In this document: piece after piece, positions 11,368 through 24,669 of the stretch | Position numbering within the stretch: the first letter of the stretch is position 1 | How the letters are laid out: each line of letters starts with the position of its first letter | NCBI RefSeq assembly: GCF_006345805.1 | Contig: NC_042998.1 | Span: forward strand, 53,382,001-53,446,000 | Direction of reading: 5' to 3' | Source of the DNA: Octopus sinensis | Taxonomy: Eukaryota | DNA: 64,000 nucleotides | Program-made: the position numbers and the translations under genes | Notes under the pieces: model-generated | What the model was told of the DNA's origin: nothing | Database searches by the model: none | What the model saw: only the letters and a program-made list of their open reading frames with translations

Positions 11368-12550
11368 AGACAAAATTCAGTTTGGCTTTGTCCCTGAGAG
11401 AAGCACTTCAGATGCTATTTTCATAGTCAATCAACTGCAAGACTAAGGTCTTAATTAGCAAGAATACAGACAGGACCCTACATTCTTCAGGTAGGTGACC
11501 CTGCTTGATTTGTAGGAAAGGTGTAGGCAGGAATTCCATACAATGTACCCAGTGTAAACTTTAGACACACAAGAGGTGCAGTGGGATAATAGGAAGGTTA
11601 TCAGAGAAAGAGTTCATTTGTGGAAGATGGAAAGGAGCCATAAAAACTACAGATACTTGAGGAATTGTTTCTCCTAAATGCCCTGGTGGCTCATAAGGAG
11701 TTGTGGATAATTTCTGCTACCTAGGGGATCAAATTAGTAGTGGGGGGATGTACAGAGGGTGTAATAGCTAGAATAAGACTAGACTGGAGGAAATTCAGAG
11801 AGCTTTTACCTCTGTTGGCTATGAAAGGTTTCTCTCTCTGAGTGAAAGGAAGATTGTATGATGCATGTATACAGACAATTTGACATAGTAGTGAGATGTG
11901 GGCCCTGAATGTAGAGGACATGCAAAGGTTAGAGAAGAATGAGACTAGGATGTGTAATGTAAGTGTACATATTCGACAGAGTGTTAGTGTATTGAGAGAG
12001 AAGTTAGGCACAAGAGGAATTAGATGCAGTGTGCAAGAGAGGAGACTGCACTGGTTTGGTCATGTGATGGGGATGGATGCCAACAGCTCCATAAAGAACT
12101 GCCAGTTTCTCAAAGTAGATGAAATATGGAAAAGGGAGACCAAAGAAGACATGGAACAAAGTACTGAAGGACGGAGGATGCTGAACCTTTGAGACAAGAT
12201 GACAAATTACTAAAATACCAGGCACCTTGCTGAACACAAGATGTCCTGTACTCCACAGCAGAAGTGTTAAGGCTTCTTCCCCTAGTGAAGGGAATTGGCT
12301 TGCAAGAGTCATGTACCAGTGCCACACAAAAAGCACTCGTGCTGGTGCTATGTAAAAGTGCTTGTGCAGTACCATATAAAAAGAAACCACCACACTCTGT
12401 AAAGTGGCTTGCTTTAGGAAGGGCATTTGGCCGTAGAAACCATTGCATATCAGACTGAAGCCTGGTACAGTTATCTGGCTTGCTAACTTTAGTCAAGCCA
12501 TTCAACCCATACCAGCATGGAAAATGGATGTTAAATGATGATGATGAGGA
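11368..12550 (+). mobile_element. Degraded, internally deleted RTEX-like LINE copy
   Basis: DKIQFGFVPERSTSDAIFIVNQLQ; RLDWRKFRELLPLL; VKGRLYDAC; ERRLHWFGHV; ends in GAT/GAG repeats. Confidence 0.85.
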
Positions 12551-15500
12551 GGAGGATGAGGACAAGGGGGAGGAGAAGGGAAAGAGGAGGATGAGGAGGG
12601 GAGGAGGAGGTTATAAATTGTAGTAATGAAGTCAAACCAAATACTGCATAATAAATGTTAAGAAATGCACCCATTACATGAGACCTTTCTCATTTATAAA
12701 CATTTCAAAATATTTTGACTCAGTAGATCCTCCACAGTCTAACTGCTGGAAAGAGAAAGAGATTCATTCACATACAGCTGATGCTCATATTCATTTCATT
12801 TGAGTAGTGTGGAGCAAAATGAAATGAAAACCTTGCTCAAGGAAGCAACATGCCACCTGACATATTTACATCTAAGTGTAATTCAGCAAAAATACGCTGC
12901 ATTGCTTTGGGGTATTTATCCTACACCAGTTACGCAAACACTTCTTTGTCACTCTGAGCACTGGAAAGGCAGTGATTGGCACATTGGAAACCAATGATGT
13001 TATTCTTCTCTAAATACATGCTAGAAAGTGGAAAAAAAAAAAAAAAAAAAAAAAAATTAAACAAAAATAAAAACCCAAAATATTAGATTTTAAACCAATG
13101 TTTCTTTCGGTTCCAAAAAAAAAAAAAAGGAAAAAAAAAACTAACCAAATGTCTCAATGCTAAAGATTCTTTAAACTGGAAAAAAAAATTTCTTGTTCTT
13201 TATATCTTTTATAAACCACACATCAGAAAAAGAATCTCATCTTTTTATTTTTTTTATTCTCGATACACCACACATGCTGATCTGTTCCTTTTAATTCTAC
13301 ATGCTTCATCCTCTACTTTTTTAGAATCATTTCTTCCTTATATTCACTTCCAATCTGTCTCTCTCTGAACGTAAACCTGTCTGCATGACTGCATGTCTGT
13401 CTGCCTATGTGTCCCCATCTTTATCACTCACCATGTCATTTTCCCATCTTATCTATGCAAATGATATATATATATTTTTAAAATTTACTTTCCCTAATTG
13501 CTTCTGTGCTTCTGAGCCTCTATTAGTGTCTCTCTCTCTCTCTCTCACTCCCTTTCTCTGCTCTATTTCTTCCAATTTATCTGTTTCTCATTCTATTTTC
13601 TATTCTTCTTCTTCTTCTTCTTCTTCTTCTTCTTCTTCTTCTTCCCTTTTACTCTTTCTGTTTCTTACCCTTTTGGTGTCTGTTCAGGCTGCTTTTGTCT
13701 CATTTCCTGATGCTGTATATGTTTGTTTCTCTTTCTATATACGCATGGAAATAGCTTCCTCTAATATTCTATATAAATCACAAATGAATACTATCTAAAT
13801 GTATGTATATATATATATAAGTATATATATGTATGCATACATGTATATATATATATACATATACATATATATAAATATATATGTATGTATATATTCATAT
13901 ATCATTATCATCATTGTAATCATCCTTTAATGTTTGTTTTCCATGCTGGCATGTGTACACACATAAAGATATACACATGCACACATAAATTCATTAATAT
14001 ATTATATGCATATATATACACACACACACACACACAGATACACATACACACACGCACACACATACATTTATATACATTCAAAGGTATACACAGATATAGT
14101 CATTCCAGTTAATCTATTACATAATTTCCTCCTTTTTCCTAATCTCACCTAAAATCAGGATTGTCAAAAGACTCAGCAATGTTTTTGAGAAAGAAACTGT
14201 TGCTCTCTCATCTGTTATGTTTGACGCTGCAACTATGTTAATAACCTTTGGGCCAGCATCAAAATCTGATCGACAATACATAGTTGTTTTACAACAGCTA
14301 TTTATTCCAAGTCTTTTTTTTTTATTTTTGAGAAGATTTTTCTTTGTCAAGAATGTTTATAAATTGGAAAGGTGTTTTTGTGTATTTTTCAAGAAATCTT
14401 TCCAATCACGCAAGACCTAAAATGAAAAAGCAGTTCTGTGATTTGCTATATATTTCTTAAATATATAGTTATTACATATGTATTTTTTTATTTGGCAGTG
14501 CTCTAGCATGGCCACAGTTAGATGACTGAAACAAATAAAAGAGTAAAGGAATATTTTTTTGCATTTGTTTTTGCACCTTTTAGTATAGATTAAGTTAGCT
14601 ATTCTCATTATTATTCTGATTATTTTTCATTCATTCATGTTTTGGCATTTTATTATTAGAATTCAAAACATAAAGGCAGACAAAATGCTTAGCATTTCAT
14701 CTGTCTTCACGTTCTGAGTTCAAATTCTGCCAAGATTGACTTTGCCTTTCATCCTTTCAGGGTCAATAAATTAAATACAAGTGAAACACTTCCCCCAAAA
14801 TTTCAGGCCTTTTGCCTACAGCGGATAGAATTATTATTGTTATTATTATTACTATATAATGTTTTTGTCTTAGTCAAATAAATGAAAAATATCTATTTTA
14901 CTCTTCAAAATTCACTTTGCTGTGCAGCTTCTAGCATATTCAAATTATCATTAATCTAACTATCATTTGGATTTAGCAGTTTCTAAACCTGGTCGTCCAC
15001 AAATTACTGGTCATCCAAAAATTATTGGAGGACTTTGAGCTTATAAATTCATAATACAAGTTTCAAATTTTGGCATAGGGCCAGCAATTTCAGAGTTGGG
15101 GATAATGATTAACTGGTGCTTACTTTATTAACCCCCAAAAGGATGAAAAGCAAAGCAAACCTCGGCAGAATTTGAGCACAGAACTTCAAGTTGGAAGAAA
15201 TGCTGCTAAACATTTCACCTGGAGCAGTACTGACTCTGCCAGCTCACCACCTTGATTAAGTTTATAATACAGGCTTCAAATTTTGGTACAAGGCCTACAA
15301 CTTGGGAGAGAGATAAGTGTTTTGCTCCAAAGCACAGTGCATTATTTGGTTCAGGAATCGAAACCACAATCTTACAATCAAGAGTGCAACACGCTAACCA
15401 CTAAGCCATGTATCTTTACTATTTAGACAAATGGAATTATTTTTACCAATAGTTCTTTTTTTATCCTGTCATTCATATTATACTGTAGCAATGGGCAAAC

Positions 15501-15569
15501 TATTCACATCATGATTACTATAAACAGGTAGTCATGGAATTTGACTTCGATTTCGATTAAAATTCGATG

Positions 15570-15962
15570 ACTGGCATCCGTGCTAGTGGAGCGCTAAGAG
15601 CACCATCTGAGCATGCTTGTTACCAGAGCACCATTCGGGTGTGATCATTACCAGCGTCGCCTAACTGGCACATGAAAAAAACTTTCGAGCGAGGTCATTG
15701 CCAGTGCCACTGGACTGGCTCCTGTGCAGGTGGCATGTAAAAGAAACACCATTTGAGTGCAGCTGTTGCCAGTACCACCTGCCTGGCCCTTGTACCTGGC
15801 ACTTTCACTGTGGTTGGCGTTAGGAAGGGCATCAAGCTGTAGAAACTCTGCCAGATCAAGATTGGAGCTTGGTGCAGCCATCTGGTTCGCCAGTCCTCAG
15901 TCAAATCGTCCAACCCATGCTAGCATGGAAAGCAGACATTAAACTATGATGATGATGATGAT
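15570..15962 (+). mobile_element. RTEX-type 3' UTR copy; similar short copies at 18618-18990 (-), 22302-22820 (-), 30440-30715 (+), 46343-46557 (+), 56812-56975 (-)
   Basis: All share ggttggcgttaggaagggcatccagctgtagaaac...tccaacccatgctagcatggaaagcggacgttaaa(c/t)gatgatgat with the 3' end of the long LINE. Confidence 0.85.
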
Positions 15963-16081
15963 TAAGGAGTTCCTGTAACTTTATTAGGTGTTCTATAAGG
16001 AGTACTGTATATTAATAAAGATTGTAGACAATGCAACTTAGAAGTTCTCATAGGCCAGCCATGATCATCAAATACAATATA

Positions 16082-16380
16082 TCTTCTTATCTTCTTCTTA
16101 AGCTCCTCACTCCCTATGGAGCATAGGACATTGTCACTGTTTTCAAACCTAGGTTGTCTTTTCTGGTTCTCTCCTTTTGGGTACCTTCTTTTTCACTTCT
16201 GCTTCAGCATCCTGTCTCCGATTATTTTTAGAAGTTTTTCTCTTCTCCCTCCCTTGTGGGTTCCAGTCCTTGACATGTGATGCAGGATGTTGGTTTTCTT
16301 TCAGGTTTTGCTACATTGCACCATATGTTTCCCTGAGGGAAGGCCTTCTTCTCCCAGGTTTTGTTAATTTTGAATTGTCA
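16082..16380 (-). mobile_element. RTE-clade LINE 3' end fragment, degraded
   Basis: Minus-strand WNPQG-like motif followed by ...gtcctatgctccatagggagtgaggagcttaagaagaag tail. Confidence 0.5.
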
Positions 16381-17153
16381 CCAATAATTCTATAACATTA
16401 CTTTTTATTTTCTATTCATCCCAAGCAAGACACTTTATTACCTCTAAAAAGAGGTGGTCCGTATTAGTATGGCTACTATCCTTTGAGCTGTCCAGCATGG
16501 TAGGCACTAGCCAGAGAGCAATACCTACTGGTATAACTCTCTGGATCATTGAGACATGCAAACCAGCACACAGTAACAACGAACTGATGCTGTAATAGAT
16601 ATGATATATCTAGAACTACCTTACTGATTAATCCCTTTGTATTTTTAAGATGGCTATAAGTAATTTGAAGTGGATTTTGTTAAAATTTTTTTCTTTAAGT
16701 TTGAGCTACAAAACAGAGGCTGCCCCCATCTTGATTAAAATGATGGTTTTGTTAATTTGTAGCACTGTGTTCAATTCTTAAGGCAGTCTTTAACAGAGAT
16801 TATCTTATATTAAAGATTATAGTTTTTATTATATCATCCATTGATATGTGATTGAATTCAAATACAATTCATGTAAATAATTTCATGTCTCATACTTGTA
16901 TAATAAAAATGAATAAAATAGAAATATATTTAAAACATGTCCATATTCATTGGTAAGTCATATGGAAAGTAGGTCTTATATTGTAAAAATTGGGGAAAAT
17001 TCATTTGATTAAAAGCTATTCATTGCAAAACATGAAACCAAAATTTAATTCTTTTCTTCTCTCTACATTTAAATAAATTTGTGCTTTTAGATGTCATTGA
17101 ATTTTACATTAAGATTTACTAAGTTTTGAAACACTTCATTACCATGCAAAACA

Positions 17154-17197
<44 letters not shown>

Positions 17198-17242
17198 TGT
17201 GTGTGTATGTGTACATGTGTTTGTGTTGTCCGGGTGCATGTA

Positions 17243-17296
<54 letters not shown>

Positions 17297-18406
17297 CATA
17301 TACCATATCTGATATCTATACACACGCACACACACATATATATACCATATCTAATATATATATATATATATAAATTGTGAATATATAAAATATTTATATA
17401 TATTTTTATATAGTATATATATGTGTGTATATATCCGTGTGTGTGTTTTTACACACACACACACACACAAACACATATAGTATGGATCTATGTGTGTATA
17501 TATGCATACGTACATAATATACCTATATTGTGTGTGTATATGCATACACACACTCGCATACACACATATATAATTACATACTGACTAATGGGTAGAATAA
17601 ATAGTGTTTTTAGAATGAATAACCGACTGATATATAGATCAATGTATATCTAATAATAAATAAATTGATATATATCCGATGACATAAATATAAATGTACA
17701 TCAAATTATATCAAGACTTAATAAACCATTGACAGATACTTTCACATTTCAAAAGAGTAAAAGGAACATTATTGACTCTATTTAATCACTGTTGCATGAA
17801 TGACATTTACACTAATGTAAAATTAAAGATATATAGATCAATAACTATTCAATAATTTGTGTATTGAAGAATGTTATATGAGATATATATATATAGGTGT
17901 ATGTGTATGTATGTATGTATGTATGTTAAATATAAATTAAGTACCAGTAGATTAGAATATTCTGAACGACATGTAGATGAATAAATTTATTAAATGACTA
18001 AATCAATGACTGGTGAAGAAAGTACAAGGATTCCTTACTTTAAGGATATTCTGGTTACAGGCTCCAACACTTAAGGAAATTGTAATGCATGACCAGTATA
18101 ATTACAGGGTATGGCCAGTGATTCAATTTTATGCAACCTCAAGCTAATTTTAATTTTAAACCAAAAACAGTGTGTGTGTGTGTGTGTGTGTGTGTGCATA
18201 CATGTATATATGTGTATATATATATATGTATATATATTTATACGTGTATATATATGTATATATATACACCTATATATATCTATATATACATATTTATATA
18301 TGTATATATGTGTGTATATATATGCATGTATATATATATATATAAATGCATGTAAAGAGTGTTTAAAGTGGTGTACAGATACTGTATATAGAGAAAAAGG
18401 AAGTAA

Positions 18407-18561
18407 TCAGAATTTTGGATAATTCTTTATTAGCGCTTTCGTTTGTTAACCAAACTCTTCAAAACAAAAATTAAAATCAAAATGGTTTTGGTTTTAATTT
18501 TTGCCTGCACGTGTTCAGTTAATGGACGAAAGTGCTAATAAAGAATTATCCAAAATTCTGA
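18407..18561. repeat. Inverted repeat (36-bp arms 18407-18442 and 18526-18561) with hammerhead-like cores
   Basis: tcagaattttggataattctttattagcgctttcgt versus acgaaagtgctaataaagaattatccaaaattctga, 1 mismatch. Confidence 0.9.
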
Positions 18562-19264
18562 CTGACTCCTTTTTTCAATGTGTGTGTGTGTCTGTGTCTG
18601 TGTGTATCTATGTGTATATCATCATTATCATCATTGTTTAACGTCCGCTTTCCATGCTAGCATGGGTTGGACGATTTTGACTGAGGGCTGGTGAACCAGA
18701 TGGCTGCACCAGGCTCCAATCTTGATTTGGCAGAGTTTCTACAGCTGGATGCCCTTCCAAACGCCAACCACTCCGTGAGTGTAGTGGGTGCTTTTTACAT
18801 GCCACCAGCACAGGGACCTGTCAGGCGGTACTGGCAACGACCTCGCTTGAATCCTTTTACACATGCCACCAGCACAGGTGCCAGTAAGGCGACGTTGGTA
18901 AAGATCATGCTCGAATGGTGCCCTTTTACGTGCCACTGGCACAGAAGCCAGTTGGCTGCTCTGGCAATGATCACACTTGGATGGTGATCTCTATATATAA
19001 AATCATCATTATTATCATCATCATCATCATCATCATCATCATTTTACGCCCACTTTCCATGCTGCATGGGCTGGATGAAGGCCATTTGAACGTTTTCAAA
19101 GAACCACTTGGTCATGTTTATGTTGTCATACCAAAAGCAGGTGGACTATTATTTAAGAATTTTATTGCATGAAGTTCAGAATAGTATTTTGTCTTTTCCC
19201 ACTGCGCATCAACATTTTCAACTTGGAGAGGCTGTGATCCAATGGGTCACAGCGGGAACACCTA

Positions 19265-19418
19265 GTATACATATATATATATATATATATATACACTTAT
19301 ATATACATATATATATATATATATATCTAGTATATATATATATAATATATATACATATATATATGTATATATATATATATATATATGTGTGTGTATATAT
19401 ATGTATGTATATGTATAT

Positions 19419-19449
<31 letters not shown>

Positions 19450-19528
19450 CTAGTATATATATATACATGTATATACATACATATATGTATGTATATATTA
19501 TATATATGTGTGTGTATATATATGTATG

Positions 19529-19569
<41 letters not shown>

Positions 19570-19570
19570 T

Positions 19571-19630
<60 letters not shown>

Positions 19631-19635
19631 GATTG
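19265..19635. repeat. Long compound (TA)n/(TG)n microsatellite; others at ~17150-17570, 18170-18350, 41200-41320, 42095-42205, 51105-51335
   Basis: Directly visible dinucleotide arrays. Confidence 0.95.
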
Positions 19636-19821
19636 ATTGATTCTAGTTTCAGCTCATGAGCTGTGGCCATGCTATATATATCTTTTAAATTTGTTTATGG
19701 TAACATTTTGAATATGCAAATAAAGTTTTTATTCCATTATGCCAGCCATTGCCTAATGATACTGACTGGTGAGCCCGTTTTTCGGGGTTGCATCGGGTTA
19801 TATTGATATAATGTAAGATAA

Positions 19822-19852
<31 letters not shown>

Positions 19853-19929
19853 CTTTGGATGAATTAAATGCTTATATATCCTAGGATTGTTGTTATCATT
19901 GTATATATATATATAATGTACTGTTCTTG

Positions 19930-20640
19930 ATAGAAAATTCAACAAACTAAAGTACTCCATCTGGTGAGAGATAAATATTATTTATTTAAAGCACACAATA
20001 TATGTCTTTAAATGCTACTAATAGTTTCATATGTTGAGAAATCTCAAACATATTCTTCAGGCACAAAACGCATATCATAACAAACTAAAAATTTTGAATA
20101 GGAGAAGAAATTCAAAACAACTGAGAAGGCAGCAGATAGAATACGAAAACAGAAAACTAAAAAGTAAAAAGGTAAAAGAGTTATCTTCCTTAGACCTTAA
20201 AATATTAGGCTGGAACTATATCAACAAGTTAATCAAGCACAAGTGGAATTTTCCAATTCTTCAAATATTTTATATTTGGTATGGAATTCTATTCTATCAG
20301 CTTAACAGCATTGCTGTGTGGATTGCTTTCTATGGATTGCTTGATGGATTTCATGCCTATCAGCACCACTGTGAGATTTAACTTTTACAAGGGTATGGTA
20401 TAGTGCCTTACTCGTATTCAAGATGACTAGAAAAGCCAATCGAGGATAATGGAAAGTTGTTGTGTGAAAAAAAGGTGTCATAAAGGGATTATGTTGGATG
20501 TTATACTTAATGTTTTACAAAGGTTTTTATGTAGGATAAAAGCCCAGCCATATTGCAAAAACAGTGAAGCTGACAACATCTCTAGTGGAGACAATACATG
20601 ATAAAAGTATCCCAAATACTGAAGCAACTACTCCATTAAC
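19930..20640 (-). mobile_element. Penelope-like element remnant (GIY-YIG C-terminus-like sequence followed by a terminal repeat with a ribozyme motif)
   Basis: Minus strand ...MKSIKQSIESNPHSNAVKLIE*NSIPNIKYLKNWKIPLV weakly resembles PLE endonuclease C-termini; hammerhead motif downstream; ends in a TA tract. Confidence 0.45.
20012..20064 (-). ncRNA. Type I hammerhead ribozyme motif (minimal, PLE-type)
   Basis: Minus strand: gugc CUGAAGA auauguuugag-auuu-cucaacauau GAAAC uauua GUA gcau; all conserved core nucleotides, 10-bp stem II, GUA cleavage triplet. Confidence 0.75.
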
Positions 20641-20670
20641 TGATTGAACATTTTTTTTAGCTTTTTTTCA

Positions 20671-20834
20671 TAGATGTAGGAATGGCTGTGTGGTAAGTAG
20701 CTTGCTTACCAACCACATGGTTCCGGGTTCAGTCTCACTGCATGACACCTAGGGCAAGTATCTTCTACTATAGCTTCGGGCCAACAAAAGCCTTGTGATT
20801 GGATTTGGTAAACAGAAAATGAAAGAAGCCCATC

Positions 20835-20870
<36 letters not shown>

Positions 20871-21082
20871 GTACGTGTGTGCTTGTGTTTGTCCCCCCAA
20901 CATCGCTTGACAACCAAAGATGGTGTGTTTACGTCCCTGTAACTTAGCGGTTCGGCAAAAGAGACCGATAGAATAAGTACTAGGCTTACAATGAATAAGT
21001 CCTGGGGTCGATTTGCTCGACTAAAGGCGGTGCTCCAGCATGGCCACAGTCACATGACTGAAACAAATAAAAGGGTAAAGAG
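20671..21082 (+). mobile_element. SINE family A; other copies at 33745-34148 (+), 34150-34490 (+), 35340-35755 (+), 41040-41487 (-), 43570-43930 (-), 47505-47897 (-), 48030-48420 (-), 59570-59960 (-), 63225-63550 (-)
   Basis: ggaatggctgtgtggtaag (A box) ...ggttcagtc (B box)...gggcaagt...TA tract...ggcggtgctccagcatggcc...gactgaaacaa. Confidence 0.9.
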
Positions 21083-23094
21083 TAATGAGATCTTATGTGA
21101 TGCTTAATAGGGAGTGACTTCTGAGTGTGTAGACTAAGGATCAGTCTGGATGTAAGATGCTGATAAACATAGTGCTCAATCAAGTGAATAGGAAAAGTTC
21201 CTTCTTAAGTATTCCTTAATGTATTTCTCTTAAAATTCATTTATGTATATACACTGTACTATATGTGTTCAATAATGTATGTTTTCATGCATAAAAATGC
21301 TGATATTTCTTTATTTAGGTTTTTTTTTTTTTTTTCTGAAAACTTTTACAGAAAAGAATCTCAAATTTAGAATAGAAGTCAAAAGGTTTCACATTATAGA
21401 ATTCCACATCCCGATAAAGCTTTCAAGAGATTGCAACATTAAAATATGTATTGGATAATATATGGAAAAAAGTATGCTGAATAATGCTTAATGATTTCTA
21501 AGATAGTTACAAAAGTAATGAAACAGCAGGAATATCATGCCATTCTTACATTTCCTTGCTTTAGTTGTTTCACTTTACATCACACTGATATTGACACAAT
21601 CTATCTAAAATAACAAATTTTAAGTTGGGTCATGAATTTAGTCTATAATTGTTAATGATCTCTTAGAAAAAATCTAAATCAAAATGACCCGGTGACAGAG
21701 TTTCTACACTGCCATTCAGCCTGCAAAAATTATTCATGAAACCACATTGTATCATCTTAAAAAAAAAATAGGGAATAATATAATTCTGTAATCACTGAAT
21801 GGGTAAAAAAAATAAAATGGCTTAATCATTTCTGGAACACCTTTCATTACAGGTCTTCTTGATCAGGGCTAGTTTGGAGCTAAGCAAAAAGCAGAATATC
21901 AACATAACAAAACAAGTTGTGTTTTATTCAACACAAAAATCTTGTTCACCCTTTTGATACCATTTCACCAGAAACCATCCCCTGGTTCTATGATACAAAT
22001 TTTCTTTTTTTTAAACTGATCCAAATTAAAATCATCCATCAAAATTTCATGTTAATTTATGTTCCAAACGCTACCTTAATAATGACAAAATTATTTTACA
22101 AAATTCTTCATATTTTCAAAATTAATTGAAACAAAGGCAGAGTATTTCAATAAAATATCGAAACAAAAAGGGTTAATCTTGAGACAGATTAAGGAACTCT
22201 AAATGGGAATCAACACTAGTGAGTATGGTGACAAGCTATTCCAACATTATAAAAATAAAAAATGGTCTCTTCCTTTGAATCTACTGGATATTTCTCATTT
22301 TATCATCATCATCATCATCGTCGTTTAACGTCCGTTCTCCATGCTAGCATGGGTTGGACGGTTCGACCGGGGTTCTGGGAAGCCAGAAGGCTGCACCAGG
22401 CTCCAGTCTAATTTGGCAATGTTTCTACAGCTGGATGCCCTTCCTAACGCCAACCACTCCGTGAGTGTAGTGGGTGCTTTTTACGTGCCACCTGCACAGG
22501 TGCCAGGCGGGGCTGGCAACGGCCACGGTCAGATTGGTGTATTTTATGTGCCACCGGCACGGAAGCCAGTCGAGGCGGTGCTGGCATCGGCCACGAGTCG
22601 GATAGTGCTTTTTACGTACCACCAGACCAGGGATCCTGGCTGGTTCAATTCGATTTCGATTTCGCTTGCCCCAACATGTCTTCACAAGCAAAGGGGGTTG
22701 GCAAGGGTGTCTGTCGTACGGTCGCATTGGAGTATTTTACGTGCCACGGCCACGAGTCGGATAGTGCTTTTTACGTACCACCAGACCAGGGATCCTGGCT
22801 GGTTCAATTCGATTTCAATTTTATGTATTTTGAATATTTTTTTTTAATGAAATTGTTCTTCAAGAGATAATTACTGTTTTTAATGTGACATGTTCAGTTG
22901 ATTTGAACTTAATATCAAACTAATATTTCCCTTTGTAAATTAAATTAGTTGAATATTGTTAATAAAAGTCCAGTCATCCTGGATTAATTCTTTTGAATTT
23001 AATTTCACAAGATTACTTTAAACATTTGTGGAGAGGGACACACACACACACACACATATGCAAGACAAAATAAATAAATAAATAAAATAGAGCA

Positions 23095-23137
<43 letters not shown>

Positions 23138-24669
23138 GTCACCATCATTACAAGGTAAAAAGTAAACTAAGGATAATGTAAAAAATTTAATTCACATATG
23201 AGATGAAAGATAATTGTTAATTGTCTTGTTAGAATTTTCTTCTATGATATATGCCTGAATAGAAATCTTCAAAGCGGTGTATTTTGTTAAAATACTTCAA
23301 TTTGATATTTTTTAAAAAATTAATTGGAGAAACAAAACAATGCATAGGAATTATTCTGGAATACTAGAAATGTATTTGTTTACATGGATCCAGATCCAAG
23401 GATTTTAAATTAAAATTTTGTTTTATTTTATTATGTTTATTATATTTTATTTTGATCACTTCATCTTCCAATATATCTATGACAACTACTGCTTATATTT
23501 TACCATAAATCTGTTTATCTTTCGTCTAAATTAACATGTTCATATATATGAACTATTTCTTACTGTATGTTTTTTTATTAACATTTGAATATGGCGTATG
23601 TAACTTCATTGCTTGATTAATGAGCTATCTTCTTTTTTAATTACACAGGTTTGCATTTTGCAGATAAGGAAAACCCCACATGATTCATTATAGATAGTAA
23701 TCTTTTACATTATTTTCATTTGATGTAATGGTGTGTGTGTGCATATACGTTAGACATTTTTATTATTACTGAGTAGCAAACGGCAGCAAGCTGGCAGAAT
23801 CATTATCATGCTGGGCATAATGCTTATTGGCATTTCATCCATCTGTATGTTCTGAGTTCAAATTCTGCCAAGGTCGATTTTGCCTGTTATCCATTCAAGG
23901 TCAATAAAATAAGTACCACTTAAGCACTGGAGTCGATGTAATTGACTTATCCATTCCCCATGAATTTCAGGCCTTACACCAACAGCAGTAAGAAGTTAGC
24001 TTCCCAACCACATGCTTGTGAGTTCACTCCCACTCGGTGGTGCCTTGACCATGTATCTTTTACCATAATCCCAGACTGTCCAAAGCCTTGTGAGTGGATT
24101 TGATTGGCAAAAATTGAAAGAAGCCTGTCATATGTGTGCGTGTGTGCACATGCATATGCATGTGCATATATGTGTGAGTATGTGTATGTTTGTGTCTCCC
24201 TGTCCTGGCATCCCATGATAGTTGCAAAATGATTGTCACTGTCATACAAGCACTGTCATACAATGTTTCTAATATTCTGCAAAATGCTTAGCGGTATTTC
24301 ATCCGTGTTTATGTTCCGAGTTCAAATTTCACCAAGGTCAACTTTGCCTTTCATCCTTTCAGGGTCGATAAAATAAGTACCAGTTGAGCACTGGGGTTGG
24401 TGTGAGTGAGTTACCCCTTCCCCCAAAATTACTGACCTTGTGCCAAAATTTGAAACCAGTTATTCTGCAAGAACATAGGGAAACATTACCTTGCATAGAA
24501 ATTGGTGAGGGCTGCTGACAAGGACCTCTGGTTGTTGGAAATCTGCCTCAATAAACTCCTTCAAGCCCATATAAGTGGAAAACTGGACATTAAAATGATG
24601 GTGAAGGTTTTTTTTCAGTTTTTACAGTTACCTTAATCATGGAATTCTTATTTCAAGCTCCAAATATAA

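Noticed and set aside
13012-13200. Several poly-A runs suggesting a retrocopy tail
   Set aside because: No recognisable ORF, polyadenylation signal context or TSD upstream.
14117-14420. Overlapping ORFs on both strands with a good plus-strand acceptor (14158) and a minus-strand donor
   Set aside because: No matching partner splice site on either strand and no recognisable protein motif; cannot be supported as an exon without RNA data.
17087-19632. Many YI/CV/HT-rich ORFs (also 29661-29895, 41993-42276, 51000-51336, 62354-62661)
   Set aside because: Translations of TA/CA/TCTA microsatellites, not genes.
20031-20381. 116-aa plus-strand ORF
   Set aside because: No domain recognised; lies antisense to the Penelope-like remnant in low-complexity A-rich sequence.
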